Of a DNA stretch of 64,000 nt, positions 55,041-64,000 are shown one piece after another; the stretch's first letter is position 1; each line of letters starts with the position of its first letter. Under the pieces are notes generated by a model that was not told the DNA's origin, ran no database searches, and saw only the letters and a program-made list of their open reading frames with translations. A program made the translations under genes and the position numbers. The stretch comes from the human T2T-CHM13v2.0 reference genome, Homo sapiens: assembly GCF_009914755.1 (NCBI RefSeq), contig NC_060928.1. The stretch is one strand, 5' to 3'.

Positions 55041-55293
55041 GGAGATTGAGACCATCATGTCTAACATGGTGAAACCCTGTCTCTACTAAAAATACAAAAA
55101 ATTAGCCAGGCATGGGGGTGGGCATCTGTAGTCCCAGCTACTCTGGGACTGAGGCAGGAGAGTCCCAGAGACTGAGGCAGGAGAATGACGTGAACCCGGG
55201 AGGCGGAACTTGCAGTGAGCCAAGATCACACCACTGCACTCCAACCTGGGCGACATAGTGAGACTCCGTCTCAAAAAACAAACAAATAAATAA
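55041..55293 (+). mobile_element. AluY-like, 5'-truncated, internally rearranged
   Basis: GAGATTGAGACCATC and CGTGAACCCGGGAGGCGGAACTTGCAG are Y-type; perfect 19-bp TSD aagaatataaaacattgca (55022-55040 / 55294-55312). Confidence 0.95.
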
Positions 55294-56806
55294 AAGAATA
55301 TAAAACATTGCATGAAATAATTAATCATTCATGTTTGTGTTTGTTAAGAATTGCAGTCACAGGGATTTTTATTTAAATTTTTCTTAAGGTAAATAATAAA
55401 CGTTTTTTAAAATACAAATTTCATAGAGCCTAAAACTTAATCTGCAAATTATTCATACTGGTCAGATTCTGAAAATTCTTGTCTAAAAGTTTTATAATAG
55501 ATGGGAATAAAGGAATACTATTTTTATTTTGTTTTGTGCTATTTTATTTCTTATTATAGTTCTACGAATGGACCATTTTTATGGATGTAGTCAAAGATAA
55601 CATTGTTTATGCCTTCTGAGAGTGAAGTCATCAGTAAACAGAATAAAACAAGTAATTATGCACTAGTCTTCATGCTACCTATAGGACATATTAGGAGGAA
55701 TAGGAACAATAGAAAAATGAATCAGAAGAAGCATATATGTGAAGTATGAATCTTCAGTTTCAGCATTAGTAAGGTCCCTCTTACTAATGTAAAATAAATC
55801 TCTTATGTAGCTGCAAGCCTCCTTTATACCATTCTGCATTTGATTAGTTTCTTGAACATGCATTAATAGTTTGGTTTGTAGTTATTCCTCTGAAGTCTGA
55901 GACCCAAAAGAGTAAAGTTAATTCCTAGAGATGATGATAGCACTTGAACTAAAGGAGATCAGCACCTCTGCTTTCAGCTCTGCTCTGCCAATGTCTCTTG
56001 TCAACGTAGGGCTCTTCATTTTTTCTAGCCTAGCAGGACACATTGCATCAACCACGGCAACATTGATATGCAAGGTATAGCCTAGCATCTAGTGACACGC
56101 CGTACAAGACAGCAAAGTTTATCTTCTAAGAGATTTTCTAAATTGGCCCATGAGATTTGCAAGTCTGAGATAGACTTGTCTACTCTAAACCAGAAAGCAT
56201 GCAAAAAACTTCTAACTTCTCTGTTACACACGCCACCTGCCACCTGCCAGTAATCATTCAAGGGTTTCAAAAGTTATTTTTTCCACTCATAGAGATTTGT
56301 AAAATCATTTTTCAGAAACACATGTAACTACATCACAGAATAATTGATAGTTTAAAGGGATATGCAATGCTCATTTTCAGTAGTGATGTGATGTTTCGTT
56401 TTTTTTTTTCCTTGAAATTCTGAATATTAGTCTAGAGAAAATGGAGGAGGGAATGTTCTTTTAGAAACGTGAGCAAAGTCAGATAAGTATTTTATTCTTT
56501 AGCAATAAAAACATTACATTCATGACTAATGCCATCTGTTCATGGGCTTATTGGTTCAGAACAATCCAAAGGCGATCATATATCTACAAAATGTCCTTGA
56601 ATGCTAGATTTTGTCAACTGTTTTAGTTGCCAGATTTGAGGAAGCACAGTGTTCTTCACTGCCTCTCTGGTAGCACAGCTGCAGCCACTGAGGAACATGA
56701 ATTAGTCTAGTTAAGGTCAATATTACCTTATGCTTATTTCAAGCAATAAGTATTATGCCCGAAATATAGTCTACAGCTATACCTTAAGAATTATATTTAT
56801 AATAAA

Positions 56807-57173
56807 TGTTATGGACTTAATATTTGTGTCCTGCCCATTCCAGATTTATGTGTTGATATATTAACCTCCAATGTGATCATATTAAGAGGTGGAGCGTTTG
56901 GAAGGTAGTTAGCTCATGAGGATGGAGTGCTCATGAATGGGATTAATGACCTGAAAAAAGAGATCCCAAAGAGGCCTCTTATTTTCTTTCTGCCAAGTGT
57001 GGGTACAATGAGAAGTTGGCAGTCACCAACTAGAAGAGAGCCATCACCAGAACCTGACTGTGCTGGCACCCTCACCTTGGACTTCCAGCCTCAAGAATGA
57101 TGACAAATACATTTCTTTTGTTTAGAAGTCAGCCAGTCTCTGGTACTTTATTATGGCATCCCATCCTAAAACA
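56807..57173 (+). mobile_element. MLT1A0-like solo LTR
   Basis: TGTTATGGACTTAATATTTGTGTCC...CTCATGAATGGGATTA...TGCTGGCACCCTCACCTTGGACTTCCAGCCTC...ACA. Confidence 0.88.
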
Positions 57174-57244
57174 ATAATGTTTCCTCAGATTTTGAGTTTT
57201 CCTTTCAATATTATGCATATATATATTGCTGAGAAATCATAATA

Positions 57245-57573
57245 ATTTTTTTAAGCGACAAGGTCTCTTTTTATTTAAGAGACACAGTGAGCTATGCCAC
57301 CTGGGCTGGAGTGCAGTGGTGTGATCATAGCTCACTGCAACTTCAAACTCCTGAGTTCCAGTGATCCTCCCATATCAGCCCCATATCCCAAAAAGCTGGG
57401 ACTATAGGTGTGCACCACCACACTTAGCTAAGTTTTATTTTTTTTAATTTTTTTCTGGAGACGGGGTCTCACTATGTTGATCAGGCTGGTTTCGAACTCC
57501 TGGCCTCAAGCAACCTTCCCACTTCAGCCTTCCGAATTGCTGGGATTATAGGCATGAGTTATTGTGCCTAGCC
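57245..57573 (-). mobile_element. AluJ
   Basis: GGCTGGAGTGCAGTGGTGTGATCATAGCTCACTGC...CTCCTGGCCTCAAGC...GTGCCTAGCC. Confidence 0.93.
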
Positions 57574-57865
57574 AGAAAACTTCCTAATAAAATGTTTGTG
57601 TTGTAATGTAGTTCACTGTTATGGGATCAGTTATCCTTTTTTTCTTTTCTTCAATGATTTTGAATTGTAAGTAGAGAATTAGGTCACCATGAACTTTTAA
57701 GGGGCATTGTTATACTTTTATTTTGGACATAGGTTTTGGTTTATAATAGCTAGCATAATGATGCTTTTCACTAACTGTGTTATTAGAATGGTTCATGTAA
57801 AAAAGCCACGATTCCAAGAGACTATTTATTAATAGTTGTTAAATAAACTCTTTTTGAAAAGAGCA

Positions 57866-58233
57866 CAGTTGACCCTTGAGCGACATGGGTTTGAATTGCG
57901 TGGGTCTACTTATATGTGGATTTTTTTCAATAAATATATTAGAAATTTTTTTTAGAAATTTGCAACAATTCGAAAAATCTTACAGATAAACCGTGTAGCA
58001 TAGAAATATAAAAACATAAAGAAAAATGTATGTCATTAATGCATCCAATACATGTAGATGCTAGTCTTTTTATGTGTTAAACAACTGTTAATGTTATTGG
58101 TAAGGTTTCCAGTCAGTAGTAGGCTATTAGTAGTTACATTTTTGGGGAGTAAACATGTATACACTGATTTTTCACTGCCCAGGTCAGTGAAACTTTCAGT
58201 GCTCTAATCCCTGTATTGTTCAAGGATCAACCA
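57866..58233 (+). mobile_element. Tigger2a/MER8-like TcMar MITE
   Basis: TIRs CAGTTGACCCTTGAGCGAC ... TTGTTCAAGGATCAACCA. Confidence 0.85.
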
Positions 58234-58759
58234 TACATTTTCTTATTATTTATTTCACAGTCATCTGAAGATAAAATTAAATCTTACATAATAAGTAAAC
58301 TACTATTATGAATAGATACGTCTTTACCATTTCTCAAATACTAAGTTTTTTTTTATGATTATACATATTCTACCTTCTGGCTTTAAGAGATTAAAAAATG
58401 AGTGAGACCTATATCCCTTTTCCACATATTTTAGGTATGTAATGATGTTTGTTTAAATACTATTTAATTCCTATGATTTCAAAAAATTGATTTAATATTA
58501 GAAAATGACATCTTTGCACTCTTTGGAAATACATTTAAATTTTCTGAGGATTTCTCAATGCTTAGTTTGATTAAATTATTGCTGAAATCATTTCCAATCA
58601 CAGAGTATTTTAAATGAAGTTTTAAATTTTGGACTGATTTTGGTTTTAGCTGTATTTGCGTCAAGTTTCCATCTTTTACAATATCAAGAATATCAAGGAA
58701 GGTGAAATTTTTCTGAACTCAAGCAGAGTCATGAGTCCAAACTAAGGCTTAATGATCCC

Positions 58760-59221
58760 TGTGGGAGGCTGAATAATGGCCTTGCAAAGATGTCCAAGTC
58801 CTAATTTTCAGAGTCTGTAATTATGTTGTTTGACATGGCAAAAGGGACTTTACCAATGTGGTTAAATTAAAAACCATGAGAAAGGGAGATTATCTTGGAC
58901 TATTCAGTTACCCTCAATTTAATTATGAGGTCCCTTGTAAGAAAAGGTAAGACAGTCAGAGTCAGAAAAGGAGATGTGATGAAGGAAACAGTTTCACAGT
59001 GATGCTACTAGAAACCAAGGAATGGAGGTGGTCTCTAGAAGTTGGAAATGAATTATTTCCTAGAGCCTCCAGAAGGAACGCAGCCTTGCTGATACCTAGA
59101 TTTTAGCCAGTGAGACTCATCACAGAGTTTAGACCTCTAGAACCAAAAGATAATACCTTTGTCTTGCTTTAAACCATTATTACATTGTGGATTGTTACAG
59201 CAGCACTAGGAAACTAATACA
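58760..59221 (+). mobile_element. MLT1C-like solo LTR
   Basis: TGTGGGAGGCTGAATAATGGCC...CCTAGAGCCTCCAGAAGGAACGCAGCC...GGAAACTAATACA. Confidence 0.88.
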
Positions 59222-60051
59222 ATATCTTCAAATTCAACTTACAAGCAATTCATGGATAATATCTAGCCACATATTTCCCTTCCTCTTTTAGACATATTTT
59301 ATTCTAATACCAAGCCCTGAGAATAAATTGTTCTGCAATTGATATGGCTGACAGAGTCCTACATATGGAACCCTTCTAGCAGGCTGCTTGTCCATCAGCA
59401 ACAAAGTGATCGGGAAATGAAAATGTCAATAGTCACTAATAACCATGTGATTTTACCATTACATTTACAGATGAATTTCCCTTAGTTGCCCATGTCATAT
59501 TAAAGATATTGCATATTAGCAGAGAAGGGGATGTGGCTAAGTATGTTTTTAATCTGTGGAATACATTGAGTCTTCCAAAAGATACTAAAGACATAGACAG
59601 CTCACCTAGTACTCTTATATTTATTGTGTCTCTAAAAGGAGAGAAGTTGAAAACTTCTTCAAACATACAAAGTCAAATATTAATCCTATCCAGATACTAT
59701 TTCTCCATCTTGACTTCCCCTCACCAACTGATTGTTTCTATTGTTTCCTCTCAACAGCAAGGTCCCTTCCTCTTTCTACATGATTACTGCAGAGGTTCAA
59801 GAATGTTCCTTTCATAAAGGCAGCACACCAAAGTAAAATATAAATTATGTAAAATCATAAATGTAATTATATAATTTAAATGGAAAGAACATATAATAAC
59901 AAGATATGCAAGTGAATTGGTAATATTGAGAAGGAGGTAATATCTTTGAAGTAAACAATTTATATGAGTGTCACTTTCAAAGGGATTTCTTACTGTTTTG
60001 TGGTTTATTTTGTATGTTTTATTTTTGTTTTTTCTCCCATTTCTAATACAG

Positions 60052-60081
60052 ACACAAACAATGTTTTAGGGAAATCACAAG
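60052..60081 (+). other. candidate 30-nt microexon (unverified)
   Basis: About 45-nt T/C-rich tract ending TAATACAG, then 30 nt, then AG|GTAAGA. Confidence 0.3.
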
Positions 60082-60439
60082 GTAAGATTAATCTAGTTCA
60101 GATATTACCTGTTTTTTGCCCTTTTGGCTATTCCTAGTCTGAACTTTCATACTTATAAATTTGAAACAATATTTTCGGGACTACAGCCTCAGTTATTTTT
60201 ACAACTTATTCTAGAGCTCTGTCGTCTCTGTGAAAATGCCCCCCAACCCCTAGAACAACAAAAGCAAAAAAAACCTAAACTATGTAAGTAAAAAGACAAA
60301 TCTACTTTTCACCTTTTGTGGTATATTTAAGCTCCAGAATTTATGCATGCTATGTGGACAAATTCCAAATCTATATATACGCCCATAATGTTCTACCTAC
60401 AGTCTTCCATTCTCACTTGCCTTTGGGATGACAACCTTG

Positions 60440-61290
60440 TCTCTTTACTTGTGCCCTAGGTAATTCTATTAAGTCCCATAGCTTAAGGTAAATTATTATC
60501 CTGATGATACTTACAGTTTATTTCAAGACCTTACTGTTCTGATGAATTCATGTATTCAACTACCTACTTGCCATCTCCGTTTGGATTTTTAATAAATATC
60601 TCAAAGTAAATATGATAAAACAGAGCATTTGATTTTCCTCTCAGACCTGCATCCCCCTCAGTCCTCATCTCAGTAAATGTCACCACTATTCACCTGATTA
60701 CTCAGGCCCAAATCCTAAAATTTATTATTGATTCCCCATTTTACTAAAGTTTGCATCCTATATATCACCAAGTTTTCTTCGCCGAACCTAGTGATGTGGT
60801 TATGTTTCATCACCTCCCCACTGTCCCTCTGGTTAAAGCCACTATAGTCTCCCCCCTAGACTATAATAATAACCTCCCCTCCTGTATTCCCTCTTTCACC
60901 TTGCTTTCTTACAATGATTAGTCAATACAACAGTCAGAGCTATACTGTAAAATTTCAATTATATCATACTACATCACTGTTTGCAACTCTTCAATACATT
61001 CCAGTAATTAAAAATCAAATTCAAAATGCCAAACATGTCCTAATGGGCCTATAAGATTTTGTTCCAATGTACTTCTCCAACATCACTCTCTAACTCACTC
61101 ATTTTCACTTCCTTCACTTATCTCTGTCTCTTTCTATTCCTCATCTTCTCCTCTGATTCTGCTACTAGGAATCCTCTTCCTCATGATATTTACATGACAT
61201 TCCCTCATACTTCTAGCTTGTTGAATAATGGACATCTCATCATTTATCTCAACAGAGAATTTTTTCTCTACAACCCAATCCTATTTATAT
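60440..61290 (+). mobile_element. L2 fragment including degraded RT motif
   Basis: CTAGGTAATTCTATTAAGTCCCATAGC...TATCCTGATGAT (YPDD, from YADD)...ATTCAACTACCTACTTGCCATCTCCGTTTGGAT. Confidence 0.8.
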
Positions 61291-62704
61291 GGACACACAG
61301 ACACACACATAAATATGTATATATAAAATGTGTTTATATATTTAATTAAATCATTAAATAGCCAGATTTGTGTGATAATCCTAATATTGAACTATAGTTT
61401 AATTTTATTCTAAGTTTCTTTCTGATTCAGAAATGTGTTCTTTGAGTAGAATTATACAATAGAAGTGAATGTCATGAAGAAAACGACTCATTTATTATGC
61501 TGGAAATACATCCCATTTTAAATAAATGCATTGATATAAGAATTAATATCTTGAGAACCTGAACATTCATAGGTTAACTAATAACATTGAGGGTCTAGAA
61601 TTGCAAAGTTGATTATTAGACCTAAATTCTCTATTAAAGGGCCAGCTTGAATAGTAAATTGTTTTTCCAACACTAGACATTTGAACCGAGAGAAAATAAT
61701 GTAGTTGCACAAATGAATGCTATGTATTTCACTTTTCAAAATCAGTAAATCTGTATGTCATCATAAGCTTAATGACTACCTTAAATAGCCACAACAAGCT
61801 AGTAAGTCTGGTCATAGAAAAATACCCATTTTTAATCATCAATATAAAAAGATCTAGCAGCTCTGTCTGTAATAGAAAAATTAAAAATTACTTTGAGAAA
61901 ACAGTTGGCTTAGTTGCACTAAAGCTTGCATTTTTTGAATCTTTTTTTGGCTTAGTTCTAATTCAATTGAACTTCAAATTATCAACTATTATATTGATAT
62001 TTTCAGTTACTTAATTAAAATAACAAGTGCAGAAAATTGCAATTAATGTCTCAAATCAATGAATGTTAAATGCCCCCAAAGTAAAAATATTCATAAATTC
62101 AAAACCAAGACTTATGAATAATAAATCAACGCTACACAAAGAAGTTGGGCATTTAAGTTTTCATGATCCTTAAAAATACTCTTGGTATATATATGTTATG
62201 AATATCTAAAATTATTATTATTTCTTAGCCACATTACTATGGCAGGTTAGCAAGATTTAAGGTTTAATCAGACAAACACGTTTTACCATAAATGATGTGT
62301 AGGTTATTAGAGCAATTTCCCATTTAGTTTATCCTTTTTGACAGGAATCAGCCTGCAGTTCAGTCCAGAATAGATATCCATTAGATTGCCATGATTTTAT
62401 TTCATACTACTCATTCTACTGTCTGTCATTCAGGCATATTCTCTTCCTGAAAAATATCCAGTTTCAGAGTCATTTAATGATTTAAAGCAGCTGACCCTTT
62501 ATGTAATAAGATACATTTTACTGGGCATCAGGATAAAGCACTTGGGGAGTGATGAAGAGGCAAAACAAGATACTCTGTATAAAGAGAGAGAATGGGATCT
62601 GAGAATCTTCAAAATTTGTCACAAATAGATATAGAAACATAACTGATCACAGCACTTGCTTTTAAATAAACCAACATCTTTACCTCTTGCTGCACTCTAT
62701 GAAA

Positions 62705-62940
62705 GGCGGTATGTTATATCAACAAAAAGCCTGGGTTGTAAAGCCAGAACAACCAGAGTTCAAATCCTAACTCTACCAAATAATATCGCGGCCTAATGGA
62801 TCCTTTGTGTTTCAGTTTTCTCATCAATAAAATGAAGAGAATAACCATACCTATCTTACAAAGTTATTATTTTAATTAAATAAGTTAGCACATAAATTTG
62901 CTAGAAAAATGCCTGGTATGTAACATGTATGTGCTTTAAA
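62705..62940 (+). mobile_element. MIR, near full length
   Basis: GAGTTCAAATCCTAACTCTACC...TTTCAGTTTTCTCATCAATAAAATG...ATGCCTGGTATGTA. Confidence 0.8.
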
Positions 62941-63412
62941 GTTTTCTGCAAACTGTATATATTTCTTCCAATATATTAGAAAAAACATTTTACCTTAAAA
63001 ATCATTGTAAAGTTTGATATTAGTATACTTTTTCTTGTCTATATTTTCTCTTTTTATATTCCCAATAATTATCCTGAAACTAGAGCTGCAAGAAAAAAAT
63101 AACTGATTGTACTGAAATTGTATTGAAAGATCTTGGTTGCTTTCACAAGGAAGGGAACCTAATACCACACATATTTACCACTTAGTAAATACTACAGTAT
63201 TTACCTGGTAAATTTACTTAGTGATTGAATATGTGACTGTACATAAGGTTCTCTCCAAAGACATCCATTTCCCAAAGCTTAAGTGTGTGAAATTCAAGAA
63301 ACATATATGTAGGCCTGGATCAACATATTGGTTGAAGGAAAATCTAGAGAAGAAGAAGACCCCAATTATATATATAATTATATACATATATTATATATGT
63401 TTAGGTGTGTTA

Positions 63413-63436
63413 GTGTGTGTGTGTGTGTGTGTGTGT
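63413..63436. repeat. (GT)12 microsatellite
   Basis: Perfect GT run preceded by an imperfect TA tract. Confidence 0.93.
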
Positions 63437-64000
63437 AATTTTTTTTCAGCAACATGAAGCAAAGTACAATATAGGACTTGGTTAATTTCAGTTAAGTGTA
63501 AAATACATAGTCTAAAGATTACAGTCAAAAATCAAGTAGTATATGCTTTAACCCCCTTTGAAAATTTTATATTCTAAGTACAAGTTAGCTTTCTTAACAG
63601 TTACTTCTCAAGTTTCAGATTAATTCTTTTTATTAGGTTTTGGATCATTCATTTTTTTCCCATTATTTCTTGAATGTGTATTTTCTGAAACGTGACTATG
63701 TGCTCTGCATTATGTCAGAGCTTGGCCTATATCTCAAGGTGGAAATTTAGATGTCCTTTTACATTTTCTCTTTATTTATGTCATCACATTAATGTATAAG
63801 CTCTTCTAGTAGTTTTAAATGACTCTGCATTGCTGCATTGTTATTTTGTATTGAGTCAAATTAATCACACTTGAACAACTTTTAAAAACTTTGCCTCAAG
63901 AGGTGTCAAACTATTAAATATTTTCTATTATAAGGACTGAGAATTGTTCACTGAAGAGAATAAAGTACCACTTTTGCATATATTACACAAACATTTTATG

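Overview
AT-rich, CpG-poor primate (most likely human) non-coding DNA, either intergenic or deep inside a long intron. I find no protein-coding gene, tRNA, rRNA or CRISPR array, and every sizeable ORF in the track lies in an Alu, an LTR or a simple repeat, or looks like a chance ORF. Much of the window is transposon relics, all identified by eye from recalled consensus sequences, so subfamily calls are approximate. They comprise 12 Alus, L1/L2/MIR fragments, hAT and Tigger DNA transposons, many solo LTRs, a degraded MLT1 MaLR provirus (about 2.9-5.1 kb) and a deleted ERVL provirus (about 28.4-33.5 kb) with readable integrase and dUTPase remnants. I see no good evidence for a new multi-gene system. 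The features these repeats do not explain are: a 147-bp near-perfect inverted repeat (36196-36342); a 30-nt microexon-like element with strong splice signals (60052-60081); two local duplications of old repeat fragments (1195-1596/3466-3871 and 46930-47075/48023-48171); and a fold-back rearrangement inside an AluY (55130-55185).
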